This document shows positions 38,361-48,323 of a stretch of 64,000 bases of DNA, in pieces (within the stretch, counting starts at the first letter, position 1; each line of letters opens with the position of its first letter). The stretch is from an uncultured Bacteroidota bacterium (GTDB taxonomy: Bacteria > Bacteroidota > Ignavibacteria > UBA10030 > UBA6906). The position numbers were made by a program, and so were the translations under genes. Location: assembly GCA_963714855.1 (NCBI GenBank), contig CAVQPT010000006.1:188734-252733 (forward strand), written 5' to 3'. Below the pieces are notes generated by a model. The model ran no database searches and was not told the DNA's origin. It saw only the letters and a program-made list of their open reading frames with translations.

Positions 38361-38498
38361 AGGATTTACTCTAGGAGGAAAATACACTACTTGCCCGATT
38401 GAGGTCTGCCCCCCGGATGTGTATCATGAACCACGCTCAAAAAGCGATTCTCTGTAGACACACACAGTCAACCCTCTCAGGCTCACGCAGGAGGTACC

Positions 38499-39395
38499 AT
38501 GAAGACTCTTTCCCTTATACCCTTGTTCGCCGCCCTGCTGCTTCTGGGATGCGCCGATCGGGAGAAGGAGGAAGCGCTTCAGAAACAGCTCGGCCAGGCG
38601 GAGAACGACCGGCAATCGTATCAGTCGCTTCTTGCCGAGCGCGATTCGTATCTTGAAGGCGTGATGAAAGAAATCAACGATATCTACTCCGAGCTGGAGG
38701 CTGCCCGAGCCAAGGAAGGAAAACTCCTTTCTCCCACCGGTCAGACCGAAGGGGCGGCGTCGGCAAGCAATCTGGATACCCGCAAGCAGCTGTTGACAAA
38801 CATCGCGGCCATCCAGGATGCACTGAAAGAGAATCGCAAAAAGATACTTGATCTGCAGACACGTTTGAAATCGACCCAGGCACGGCTGACATCCTCCCAG
38901 GGGGAACTTGCGGGCCTGAACAAGCTGGTGGAGAACCTCCAGGCAACCCTGACGGAGCGCGAAAATTCTATCGCCACTCTCCAGGCACAGGTCGTCGGAC
39001 TTGAAGAAACGGTAACGACAAAAACCCGTGAGCTTGCAGAAAAAGATGTCCAGCTTGAAGAACAACGGACGAAAATGAGTACGGCGTACTACGTAGTTGC
39101 CCCCCGAGAGGAACTCGAGGAGAAGGGGATCATTACGGAGGAAGGCGGGTTCCTCTGGGGGCTTCTTGGATCAACAACGGTCGTGTCGAGTTCCTGGGAC
39201 CCGGCCGTGTTCACGGCTCTGGACAAGAGACGCGAACAAACACTTCGTATCCCGGGTCGCATCGCTGAAATTTTGCCCCGGCGCAATGCGGATGTCTTCG
39301 CTCTGACCGAAGTCGGAGACAACGATTCGGAACTGAAAATACTTCAGCCCGAAAAATTCTGGAAGGACAACTACCTGGTGGTGGTGTTGAATTAA
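38499..39395 (+). CDS. Coiled-coil lipoprotein, hypothetical
   Basis: caggagg RBS and lipobox LLLLGCAD. About 180 aa of heptad-like coiled coil, then a small C-terminal domain. Confidence 0.55.
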   Translation: MKTLSLIPLFAALLLLGCADREKEEALQKQLGQAENDRQSYQSLLAERDSYLEGVMKEINDIYSELEAARAKEGKLLSPTGQTEGAASASNLDTRKQLLTNIAAIQDALKENRKKILDLQTRLKSTQARLTSSQGELAGLNKLVENLQATLTERENSIATLQAQVVGLEETVTTKTRELAEKDVQLEEQRTKMSTAYYVVAPREELEEKGIITEEGGFLWGLLGSTTVVSSSWDPAVFTALDKRREQTLRIPGRIAEILPRRNADVFALTEVGDNDSELKILQPEKFWKDNYLVVVLN

Positions 39396-39432
39396 GGGAC
39401 AGGGATAGACCCGAGTGGGACGTCCTCCAGAA

Positions 39433-39477
39433 CGACAACCCTCTTCCCTCAGGGGAGGAGGGTTGTCGGCGTTTTCG
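39433..39477 (+). terminator. Rho-independent terminator (16-bp stem CGACAACCCTCTTCCC/GGGAGGAGGGTTGTCG, followed by GTTTTC)
   Basis: Long GC-rich hairpin with one mismatch, 40 nt after the stop of 38499-39395, followed by a T tract. Confidence 0.6.
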
Positions 39478-39667
39478 GGAAGTAGTACATCCGATCGCGA
39501 GCGCCGACGTCCGGAACTACTGCCGCGATGGTCAGGGGAAGCCCTCGTATACGCGACCGTCGGCTCCGGAGTGGTCGTTGACTTCAGTGCGGTCGTCCGG
39601 GTGTTGACTTTGAGTCCCCATGCTGGTAGATTCCCCCTCACACGTTCACTCTCGGGAGGGGTGTTTC

Positions 39668-40498
39668 ATGGCTGCACCCAGGCGACTCACCGCTGAACAG
39701 GTCCGGCACTTCCACCATCATGGCTACCTTCACCACCTTCCACCGGTGTACTCACCGCTGGAGATGGAGGATCTGAACAGGGGCTTACATGAGCTGCTGT
39801 CTCTCCTCCGGCCCGGTGAAACGTCGAAGGAAATCAGGGAGTGGCACGAGACCAGCAGGTTTCTGTTCGACATCTGCATGCATCGCACGATCCTGGACTA
39901 TGTCGGAGACCTGCTGGGATCCGACTTTTTCCTCTGGGGATCGAACTTCTTCATCAAGCCTCCCCGCAGTCTGGCGACCGTCGGATGGCACCAGGACGCA
40001 TACTACTGGCCCCTTGACCCTCACGAGTCCCTGACGGTCTGGCTGGCGTTTGATGACAGCACAGTCGAAAACGGAGCCATGACGGTTGTCCCCGGTTCTC
40101 ACCGTGCCGGGCTGCTCAAGCACATTCGTGCCCGGGAAACCGATTCGGTCCTGATGCTTGAGTGTGAACGCGGGCAATTCCGGGAAGACACCGCCGTTCC
40201 CGTGACGCTTCAGGCGGGTGAAGTTTCCATCCACGATGACAAGCTGGTCCATGGTTCGCCTGCAAACCCTTCAGACACACGCCGTGCCGGTTTGACGATC
40301 CGCTATTCCCGAACCAATGTGAAGTGCGACCTGTCCGTCAATCCGAATTTCACGACCTACCTCTGCCGTGGGACCGATCGATACCGGCACAACCCGATGG
40401 GGAGTATCCCCGTGCAGCAGTATGCACGACTCGAACGGAAGCATCTCAGTGTGGAAGAGGCGGGTGCTGATGCAGAAAAGAAGCTGGGGCGTGCGTAG
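39668..40498 (+). CDS. Phytanoyl-CoA dioxygenase (PhyH) family Fe(II)/2-oxoglutarate-dependent oxygenase
   Basis: ATG at 39668 preceded by ggagggg. It has the HxD…H facial triad context WHQDAYYWPL…VVPGSHR…IHDDKLVHGS and a C-terminal R for 2OG binding. Confidence 0.8.
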   Translation: MAAPRRLTAEQVRHFHHHGYLHHLPPVYSPLEMEDLNRGLHELLSLLRPGETSKEIREWHETSRFLFDICMHRTILDYVGDLLGSDFFLWGSNFFIKPPRSLATVGWHQDAYYWPLDPHESLTVWLAFDDSTVENGAMTVVPGSHRAGLLKHIRARETDSVLMLECERGQFREDTAVPVTLQAGEVSIHDDKLVHGSPANPSDTRRAGLTIRYSRTNVKCDLSVNPNFTTYLCRGTDRYRHNPMGSIPVQQYARLERKHLSVEEAGADAEKKLGRA

Positions 40499-40516
40499 CC
40501 TGCGCGCTATCCTTCC

Positions 40517-43500
40517 CTATCCGTTTTCTCCGGTCAGCCGTGCGATCTGCAGCAGAAAGAATCGCAGGCGGTTCTGATCGTCTGTTGAAAGAGCCTGGTC
40601 TTCAATCCGTGCGATGCGTTCAACCTCTTTCATCGCCCGGATCACGTTCGCCGGCACCTCAACAAGCCCTTCGGATGCGATGGCAAGATACTCGATTGCC
40701 GCGCCGAGGAAGCGGTGCATTTCGTCATCCGTTCCGGACATGCGGAAAAAGCTCTCGAGACCCGAGGGGAGGCGGGGTCTCCGCCCCTGCGAGGCCAGCT
40801 CCGGGCTCATGTCCTTTCCGGATATTGCATAGAGCGCCACTGCGAGTTCGACGAAGGCATCGACGCGCTCGAAGACCGGTTGTTCCAGCAGCGACCACGC
40901 ATGTTCCCTCCATTGACGCACCTCCAGGGGAAGGCGCATCAACCGGCTGATTTCCTTTTTCCAGGAGGGATCTATCGGTCCGTGCGCCAGGTCCGTGAGT
41001 TTCGCGGGATCCGTGTTGAACAAATCCTGCTGCAGGAGCACGGCGAGGTCGGGACGCAGTGCGGGGAGGAGGTCGGGAATGAACCGAGAGCCTTCGAAGA
41101 AATCGCCAACGTCCACGCCATGCCGGCGCACGAGTTCCTGCTGGAGGAGGGGAATGAAGCGGCCCATCGCGTCGACATCTTCACGCAATGCAAGCAGGGC
41201 CGCGTTCCCGGCCGGGAATGCGCGTTCGACCGATCGCAAACAGGTTCGCTCGACGTCAAGATACAGTCGCAGATTCTGCAGGATTTCATACACGGGAAGG
41301 TGCGGGAGAATTCTGTCAGCGACAAATGTCTCGGGGTCACCTTCAACGGATTCATGCCGGGTGAAGCTGTCCAGCGCGCGGAAAAGTCCCGTGGAAAGCT
41401 GGGGGATACCGAGGACGGTGGTCTGGGCCTGGTTGTGTGCGATGGCGCGGAGGAGGCTGCCATAGCGCGATAGGGGGATCGTGCTGGCGATACGTTCGAG
41501 GATCCGGTTTCCCCGGTCTTTGCCGGCTGAGACCGGGCGTACGGTCGGACGGTCGCGGAGTGCGGGCGTTGTCCGGGCGATGAAGTATGAGAGAATATGG
41601 ATTCCGACAACGTCTTCGTCCCGTCCGTACAGAATCTGTCTGAAGTTCTGCGTGAGGAGGCCGAGAAAATCGTGCAGGACCGGATCGGCCGTGCCGAGCG
41701 TGAGGCGTTCGAGGGCCTGTTTTCCTCGGGTGGTGGTTATCAGACGGCTTTCGGCGAGTTCTTCCCCCGCCCGCACGATTTCTCTGCTGTGCACGTCCTG
41801 CGAGACCTTCAGATGATGGAAAAGCTGCGCCAGATCGCGGACCGGAAGGTGCCGCATCTTTTCGGCGAGTGCGCTCTGGATTGTCCGGAGATCGCCGCCG
41901 GCAAACACGCCCATCATGGGAGTGGTGGCATAGAGAGCGCTGCGGCGTGCGGATGCGTGGAGGCGGCGGCTGAGATGTGAGGTGGCACCGTCCCCGCGGG
42001 CCAGGAATGCCGGTAGCCCGCTGAAGGTACCGTAGTATCCCCCCTGTCGTTGCATCGGTTCACCGCACCCCATTTTGAGGCGCACCCGGCCCGTCAGCCC
42101 GTGACCGGCAGTCCACTGCAGGATATCATGTTTCGCCTGCCGGTACAGCTGCATGCCTGCCGCCTGGCTCACCTGCTGGCTCAGATCAGACCCCGCAATG
42201 AACACTTCTGTTGTCAACTCTGCGAACCGTTCATGGGTTTCCTGATTCAGCCGTCGGCTCTGGAGTGAATATTCCCACAGCTTGTTGACATACGTGAGCA
42301 CGGAGCCGACTGCCTGGCGGTCTTCGAAGAGGGGCGTAAGCCAGACAGAGGGAATTTCCAGGTCTGGAGAGTCGCGCAGGATATGCTCACGCCGGGCACG
42401 CATTCTCCGATCAAGATCGATGAGCGCCTCGGGTTGTGTCGACATGCTGATTTGCAGAGCGAGAACAATGCCCGGGTTGCCGTAACGGGCCGCAATTTCG
42501 TTGATCTCGAGGATATTGAAGACCGTCGTGTCGATGGCGAACGGGTCCTGCGCCGTCACCATGTTCTGATGGATGCGGGGTGAAATCACGACACGCTGTA
42601 GCAGATCCCGGTACAGGACCGCCTGGCGGAGGAGCACAGGATTGGTCGTGCCGCGCGTTACGGCAGGGATCAACCGGAACACTTCCTTCCGGAGCCGCTT
42701 GTTCAGCGCGAAGTAGTACTCAAGCCCCTCCTTTCTCCGGCGTCGCAGCTCGAGCATGCGATGCTCGAGGCGGTCATTGTGATACCAGAGCGATGTCACC
42801 GGGTCACGTGCCAGGTGAAGGGTCATACCGATCTGACGCAGACGGCCTGACTTGGCGTGGAAGGGGAGAATGCCGCGATAGCGTTTTTCAAGCTGATGCG
42901 TCAGTGCGGTGATTTCGTTCAGCAGACGCACGAATCTGCCGGTCGTCCGGGGAAGCCGTTCGATCTCCGCGAGCAGCCTGCCGTCCACTCCTGCTCCGAT
43001 ATCGTGCATGGCCAGAGTCTGGAGGAGTCGGGAAAGACGATTGACATTGCTGAGGAGCACCGAAGCGATAAGCCGGTGTCCCTGTCCCGACGGTCTCGTA
43101 CTGCCGTCCCAGTCCCCCCAGAATGAAAGCATCAGAGGAGAGAGCCCCGCCTGATGGAGACCGGCATACTGCTCGGCGGCGACGAGGGAATCCAGATCGA
43201 GACAGATTTCGTCTGCTTCCTGGGTCGAGGAAATGGCAACGGAGGTGCCGGCAAACTCCGCGACCAGCGCCTGTGCCGCCCGTTCAATCGACAGGAGCGA
43301 AGGGGAAGAATCGGAAAGGAGTTCCTGTTCTATGGTGTCGAACGCCATCTCCGTCTGTAATGAAAACATCTGCGTCGGATGGACCGTGCGGTCGAACATC
43401 CGCTGTTGAAAGGCCTCCTTGCGGCGGGAGAGGCTGTCGCGGAACAGTTCGCGTTCCAGAATGTCTCCCAGCATACTGCCATTGTCGGAGCGGCATCGTT

Positions 43501-46120
43501 CCATGAGATCACGGGCGATTTCCTGCCTGTCGAGATAGCGCTGGCGGAACACGTCCAGGCGTGCTTCGAGGAAATCGTGCGAAAATGCCCGGAGCATCTG
43601 TTCGCGTTGCCCGGGCAGCCGCAGGGGAAACCGCGGCTCCTTGAGGAGGGGTGGGAGGGCGTTGTGCAGGGCTTCTTCCACTGCCGCCCACCGGGTGTCC
43701 TTCCTGCTTCCAGGTCCCTGGTTCCCCCGCACGGAAAAACTTTTCCTGCTGTACCGGGATGCCTCCTCGCCGATGAGCCGGTTCAGGTCAATCAGCACGC
43801 GCCTGGTCTTTGATGAAAGAGCTTCCGCTCCGTCAGTGCCACCCAGGGTTAGTCGGAACGCCTTTCGTCCGGTCTCGAACCCCTCCTCGGTGCGTGCAAA
43901 TGTCGACAGCGGTATCATTCCGATCCCCTGGCGCGCAAGTCCGGCAGCGACCCACTCGAGCGACAAGCCCGACGGGAGTTTGTGGATCTGCAAGATCGGG
44001 TACATGCTTCCCGTGGGGGGGAGGATGTCAAGCGCAAAAGGATTCCGGTCAGCGGGGACACTGCGAAACGCCGTGGCAATCGCATTCATCCGCTCGGCAA
44101 AAATGCTGTTGCGCAACCGCCAGTATGCCCGGACAACATGCGGAGGATTGCGGTACAACAGATAGCCGACAAGGATCGCCCCGGCGTTGGGGATAATGGT
44201 AGCGTTCAGCGCGTTGAACCGCATGCGCAACTCTTCCATCCGGATCTCGATTACTGAAAGACGCGCTCCTGCCAGACAGTCCGTTTTGGACAGGGAATGG
44301 ACCGTGACCACGAGGTCTGCCCGAGAGGATGGAATCCGTCCTGTCCGCACCAGTTCCTGCGCCATCTGGCGGAGTGTGGGGATATCAGGCAGGGTATCGG
44401 CCGGGACAACATTCTGATAGGAAAGATCGTCGACCACCATGATCCCCCGCGTCAACAGACTTTCCAGAAGGGATGTGACCGCGGCGGGATTGAAGATCCG
44501 TCCTGTGGCATTGTGCGGATTGTTGAGCACAACCGCACCACTGTCCTTCCACGCGGGGTTTGTGTCCACGCGCTCGTCAACGCAGCGGAGGATTGCATCG
44601 CTATCGAGCTGGAAATCTGGGGTCAGGGGGACGACGTGCACGCGCGGAAAACAGTGTTCATATGTCCAGCTTAGGTCCGGGAAAATGACCTCATGGATGC
44701 CACAATGAAACCCGAGGAGGCTGAGGGCGGTTCGAGCGGAGCCACTCACAACGGCGCATGCGGCGGGATCGTATTCGGCGTGGTGAGCGGCGAAGGAGCG
44801 GAGAAAACTCTGCGTGAGATCCCGTATGAGATGTTCGTCCCATGGCGATGCCGTCACCTCACGGATCACCTCAAGACTCCGCTGTGAAGCGAAACGGTCT
44901 ACCGGTGCGAGCATGGGGCTGGACTCTATTCGCTCCACACCATGCTCTGCGCGCGCGGCGAACCGTATTGCGGCCGCATCCAATGTCACCTGCCGGGCGG
45001 ACAGGATCGTTCCAAGTCGCCGCTCGGTTTGGAAAGAATACTGCTCCAAAGTAGCGTCGGCCTGTCCATGCCGTCTCGTCGGTTCTCGAGGAGGTTCTAC
45101 CGGCAGCGCTGCCGGAGCAGGCCTGTTCTCGGGGGTGCCCGGCTGAATGAGGAAGTGCACGAGTTCAGTTTCCGACGCCGACGGAGTCCCCTTCAGCTGG
45201 AAGTGCAGGGTTTCGAACAGAGAGAGATACTCTGCATTCCCGGCAAGGAACAGGAGGGAAAGGTGACGGAGGTCAGGGGAGAAAATCCCGGGGCTCAGAA
45301 TCCGTATGACGCGGTTGACGAGCTTCGCCTCCCGCGCGAGCGAGAGATGATTGGGTGCATCGTTCACCTCCAGGAAAAAGAGCGGTCTGGTCAGGCTCAG
45401 ACTGCGGAGGGATCGCCGTGTTTCTTCTGAGGGTACCGCGCCGAGGACGACGAACGTCGGGCGGTCCGGGCCGTCGTCAACAATTGCACGAAGAGCATCG
45501 AGCGCGGCTTGTTCGTTGGCAGGAAGTCCCTGGATGTGCAAACCGCTGAATGCGACGAGATGGGGCGGAATGTCGAGTTGATGGAGGAGGACCCGTGCGG
45601 GAAGTTCTGCCAGGTACACCGAGAGCGCATGGAAGAGGACGCGGAGTGCTTCGCGCACGCCTCCGGAGGCAAGGACGATCTCACGGTGGCCGGAGCTCTT
45701 TCCGAGGTCGTACCTCAGCGGTTCCTGTTGGTGGTGCAGCCAGTGATCGAAGGCGAGGACAAGAGGCGATGGCGACGTGCGCGTAAAGCCGCCGCGGGGG
45801 AGATACGGCGCGCTCTTCCGGATGAGTGCGGTGAGCAGATCCAGAAGCGGGCGGTCTCCGCCGCCGGCATCCAAGGCATCGAGGAGGCGTTGGGGATCGT
45901 CGTCGGTCAGCGATGTGTCCTGGACATCTATCCCCAGCGTGGCTCGCAGAAGAGCGGAGGAAAGCCGTGCATCCTGGACCGGATTTCCGATATGGAAATT
46001 GACGCGGTCCTCCGGCGCCACGGCCGAAGCCGATGTTGCTTCACTGATCTCGGATACCTTTGCGGCACGGGTCGGTTTGAGACGGAAGCGGGTGGCAATG
46101 TCATTGGTTGTCTGAGCCAT
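40517..46120 (-). CDS. Giant multidomain protein (1867 aa): two tandem PLP-aminotransferase-like (fold type I) modules fused to a divergent full-length phosphoenolpyruvate-carboxylase-like module
   Basis: One uninterrupted ORF. Module 1, aa 35-330, is degenerate aminotransferase-like: NFHIGNPVQD, IVLASGGVREALRVLFHAL, no SxSK. Module 2, aa 440-780: AVVSGSARTALSLLG, VVLNNPHNATGRIF (the NPxNPTG motif), MVVDDLSYQNVV, VTVHSLSKTDCLAGARLSVIEI (the SxSK PLP-Lys plus GxR motif). PEPC-like module, aa 880-1867, with PEPC motifs in canonical order: DRTVHPTQ (TAHPTE), LSFWGDWDGSTRP (WMGGDRDGNP), IAARYGNPGIVLALQISMSTQPEALIDL ([26 protein letters not shown]), LTPLFED (APLFET), FIAGSDLSQQ (MIGYSDSAKD), LKMGCGEPMQRQGG (FHGRGGSIGRGG), SLLRAIAHNQAQ (SLRAIPWIFAWTQ). 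C-terminus …ARLTGENG (…AGMRNTG). Confidence 0.8.
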   Translation of the reverse strand: MAQTTNDIATRFRLKPTRAAKVSEISEATSASAVAPEDRVNFHIGNPVQDARLSSALLRATLGIDVQDTSLTDDDPQRLLDALDAGGGDRPLLDLLTALIRKSAPYLPRGGFTRTSPSPLVLAFDHWLHHQQEPLRYDLGKSSGHREIVLASGGVREALRVLFHALSVYLAELPARVLLHQLDIPPHLVAFSGLHIQGLPANEQAALDALRAIVDDGPDRPTFVVLGAVPSEETRRSLRSLSLTRPLFFLEVNDAPNHLSLAREAKLVNRVIRILSPGIFSPDLRHLSLLFLAGNAEYLSLFETLHFQLKGTPSASETELVHFLIQPGTPENRPAPAALPVEPPREPTRRHGQADATLEQYSFQTERRLGTILSARQVTLDAAAIRFAARAEHGVERIESSPMLAPVDRFASQRSLEVIREVTASPWDEHLIRDLTQSFLRSFAAHHAEYDPAACAVVSGSARTALSLLGFHCGIHEVIFPDLSWTYEHCFPRVHVVPLTPDFQLDSDAILRCVDERVDTNPAWKDSGAVVLNNPHNATGRIFNPAAVTSLLESLLTRGIMVVDDLSYQNVVPADTLPDIPTLRQMAQELVRTGRIPSSRADLVVTVHSLSKTDCLAGARLSVIEIRMEELRMRFNALNATIIPNAGAILVGYLLYRNPPHVVRAYWRLRNSIFAERMNAIATAFRSVPADRNPFALDILPPTGSMYPILQIHKLPSGLSLEWVAAGLARQGIGMIPLSTFARTEEGFETGRKAFRLTLGGTDGAEALSSKTRRVLIDLNRLIGEEASRYSRKSFSVRGNQGPGSRKDTRWAAVEEALHNALPPLLKEPRFPLRLPGQREQMLRAFSHDFLEARLDVFRQRYLDRQEIARDLMERCRSDNGSMLGDILERELFRDSLSRRKEAFQQRMFDRTVHPTQMFSLQTEMAFDTIEQELLSDSSPSLLSIERAAQALVAEFAGTSVAISSTQEADEICLDLDSLVAAEQYAGLHQAGLSPLMLSFWGDWDGSTRPSGQGHRLIASVLLSNVNRLSRLLQTLAMHDIGAGVDGRLLAEIERLPRTTGRFVRLLNEITALTHQLEKRYRGILPFHAKSGRLRQIGMTLHLARDPVTSLWYHNDRLEHRMLELRRRRKEGLEYYFALNKRLRKEVFRLIPAVTRGTTNPVLLRQAVLYRDLLQRVVISPRIHQNMVTAQDPFAIDTTVFNILEINEIAARYGNPGIVLALQISMSTQPEALIDLDRRMRARREHILRDSPDLEIPSVWLTPLFEDRQAVGSVLTYVNKLWEYSLQSRRLNQETHERFAELTTEVFIAGSDLSQQVSQAAGMQLYRQAKHDILQWTAGHGLTGRVRLKMGCGEPMQRQGGYYGTFSGLPAFLARGDGATSHLSRRLHASARRSALYATTPMMGVFAGGDLRTIQSALAEKMRHLPVRDLAQLFHHLKVSQDVHSREIVRAGEELAESRLITTTRGKQALERLTLGTADPVLHDFLGLLTQNFRQILYGRDEDVVGIHILSYFIARTTPALRDRPTVRPVSAGKDRGNRILERIASTIPLSRYGSLLRAIAHNQAQTTVLGIPQLSTGLFRALDSFTRHESVEGDPETFVADRILPHLPVYEILQNLRLYLDVERTCLRSVERAFPAGNAALLALREDVDAMGRFIPLLQQELVRRHGVDVGDFFEGSRFIPDLLPALRPDLAVLLQQDLFNTDPAKLTDLAHGPIDPSWKKEISRLMRLPLEVRQWREHAWSLLEQPVFERVDAFVELAVALYAISGKDMSPELASQGRRPRLPSGLESFFRMSGTDDEMHRFLGAAIEYLAIASEGLVEVPANVIRAMKEVERIARIEDQALSTDDQNRLRFFLLQIARLTGENG

Positions 46121-46164
46121 TGCAGGAAGGGCTGGACGTCGATGAGGAGTGATCGTCGTTGCCG

Positions 46165-47130
46165 CTATGCTTTCTTCCCTTTGGCATACGCGTCCAGTGC
46201 GTTCTGGACGAGTGCATGGAACATTCCGAGCAGTTCCGGTGCCTGTCCCCCCTCGCCCGGGGCGAGGTTGACAACGGTCCGCGCGTTCTTGAGTGTCTGG
46301 CTTGCTTCGGCCAGTCGTGCGGCTTGCGGGGTCAGAAGAAGCAGTTCTGGATTTTCTTTCAGCAGCCGGAGTTCTTCCTTGTCGAATTCAAGCTGGAGAC
46401 GCTTCAGCCGGAGCTCATGATCGGCCCGATGGGCAGCGAGGGCTGCATCGTTTTCAAACTGTTCCTTACGCAGAGTGAAGCGTTTCATCTCCAGCGTATT
46501 TTCGTGGGTCGATATCTCCTCGTCCGCCTTCAGGCGCGCCCTGGCCGCGGCGACACGCGCCTGCTGGTTCATGAGTTCTGTTTGTTCCAGGATGCGGGCC
46601 TGCTCCTGGGAACGGATGGCCTCTGCAATCCGGGCATCAACAGCCTCGAACGAGACGACTGTCAGCATCACCACTTCGACACCCAGGGTCGACCTGTATT
46701 CCGGAGTATGGGTATGGAGATGGGCCTGAATCTTCTCTGACGAGAGATCTTCGATCCCATGCAGTTCGGTGTATCCCTTCACATGCCCGAGGAGGAGGGT
46801 TTCGAGTTCTTTTGCGGCCCTCTGGACGGCGTCCCTCGTCCATCCGCCCACGCTGAGCAATGCCGGGAGGTTCTCGATCGAGGGTGTCACCGTTGCGGCC
46901 AGTTTTACGCGGACGTCCAGATTCCCCTTTGCCGAAGCGTCAATTGTCTGGGTGAAGGCGTGGGTTGTTCGGCCAATCGGCGTGCTAAAGTGGCGTGGAT
47001 AGAACCGCGTCGTGCGGATCCGGACACCGTCCCGTGTTTCGGCCAGGACAATCTGATCCGGGCGCCGGATGCGGTATTCGAACACGACAAGAGCGCAGAG
47101 GACAACACCGAGAATTGCGACGAATTCCAT
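46165..47130 (-). CDS. Flotillin-like / SPFH (band-7) domain membrane protein (FloA-like), 322 aa
   Basis: ATG at 47130 preceded by aggag. N-terminal TM MEFVAILGVVLCALVVF, an SPFH-like core, and a long Glu/Arg/Ala-rich coiled coil (…IRSQEQARILEQTELMNQQARVAAARARLKADEE…). It ends 44 nt upstream of the giant ORF, on the same strand. Confidence 0.65.
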   Translation of the reverse strand: MEFVAILGVVLCALVVFEYRIRRPDQIVLAETRDGVRIRTTRFYPRHFSTPIGRTTHAFTQTIDASAKGNLDVRVKLAATVTPSIENLPALLSVGGWTRDAVQRAAKELETLLLGHVKGYTELHGIEDLSSEKIQAHLHTHTPEYRSTLGVEVVMLTVVSFEAVDARIAEAIRSQEQARILEQTELMNQQARVAAARARLKADEEISTHENTLEMKRFTLRKEQFENDAALAAHRADHELRLKRLQLEFDKEELRLLKENPELLLLTPQAARLAEASQTLKNARTVVNLAPGEGGQAPELLGMFHALVQNALDAYAKGKKA

Positions 47131-47258
47131 GGATACTCCTTGACAAAGGGGTGTGGGGACACTCCGTCCGTGGCGCGATGGGACGCCAGGGTGAAAACCT
47201 GCCAACGGCACTTCCAAGAAAGATACCTTCCTTGGGGACAAAGCGCAATGGTGACGCT

Positions 47259-48323
47259 TTAGGCGGCGGAGCCGTGAAAATATCTCTTTCGTAAGGCCAG
47301 GGACACATTCACAAGGCCGATAAGAACTGGAACTTCCACAAGCGGGCCGATGACCGTTGCGAAGGCCTCGCCGGAGTTGATCCCGAACACGGCCACAGCC
47401 ACCGCGATGGCGAGCTCGAAGTTGTTGCTGGCCGCCGTGAATGACAGCGTGGCGGTCTTGGGATAGTCAGCACCGGCTTTCCGGCTGAGCCCGAATGAGA
47501 CCAGGAACATAATGACGAAGTAGAGAGTCAGAGGGAGCGCTATGCGCAGGACATCCAACGGGATCCGCACGATGTACTCTCCCTTCAGAGAAAACATGAC
47601 GACGATGGTAAACAGAAGGGCGACCAGTGTGATTGGACTGATCCGGGGGATGAACTGTTTTTCGTACCACGATCGTCCCTTTTGACGGAGCAAGACAAAT
47701 CGCGTGATTATTCCGGCCAGAAACGGGATGCCAAGATAGATGAGGACGCTCTGTGCAATTTGGCCAATGGTAATGTCAACAACAATCGACGCCAGGCCGA
47801 GCCATCCGGGGAGCACCGTAAGAAAGACGTAGGCGTACACGGAAAAAAACAGGACCTGAAAGACCGAATTCAGGGCAACGAGTCCCGCAGCGTATTCGGT
47901 GTCTCCTTTGGCGAGTTCGTTCCAGACGATGACCATCGCAATACAGCGCGCCAGCCCCATCAGTATCAACCCTGCCATGTACGCAGGGTAGTCGTGGAGG
48001 AAGAGCACAGCAAGTACGAACATGAGGAGAGGTCCGATGATCCAGTTCTGTACCATTGAAAGAAGTAGCACGCGGGTGTTCCTGAATACTTCGCCGAGTT
48101 CTTCGTATTTGACTTTCGCAAGTGGCGGGTACATCATCAGGATCAGCCCGACGGCGATAGGGATGTTGGTCGTGCCGGACTGAAACGATTCCCAGAAGCC
48201 AGTGATGTCCGGTATAAAGTATCCTGCTGCTATCCCCAGGGCCATTGCTGTGAATATCCACAGGGTGAGGTAACGATCGAGGGGTGAGAGTCTTCGTACG
48301 GTATGTGGCAAAGTGTCAGTCAT
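47259..48323 (-). CDS. acr3: Arsenite efflux transporter, ACR3 family
   Basis: [24 protein letters not shown]… with 10 TM and the typical ACR3 length and motifs (…MMYPPLAKV…NWIIGP…). Confidence 0.9.
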   Translation of the reverse strand: MTDTLPHTVRRLSPLDRYLTLWIFTAMALGIAAGYFIPDITGFWESFQSGTTNIPIAVGLILMMYPPLAKVKYEELGEVFRNTRVLLLSMVQNWIIGPLLMFVLAVLFLHDYPAYMAGLILMGLARCIAMVIVWNELAKGDTEYAAGLVALNSVFQVLFFSVYAYVFLTVLPGWLGLASIVVDITIGQIAQSVLIYLGIPFLAGIITRFVLLRQKGRSWYEKQFIPRISPITLVALLFTIVVMFSLKGEYIVRIPLDVLRIALPLTLYFVIMFLVSFGLSRKAGADYPKTATLSFTAASNNFELAIAVAVAVFGINSGEAFATVIGPLVEVPVLIGLVNVSLALRKRYFHGSAA

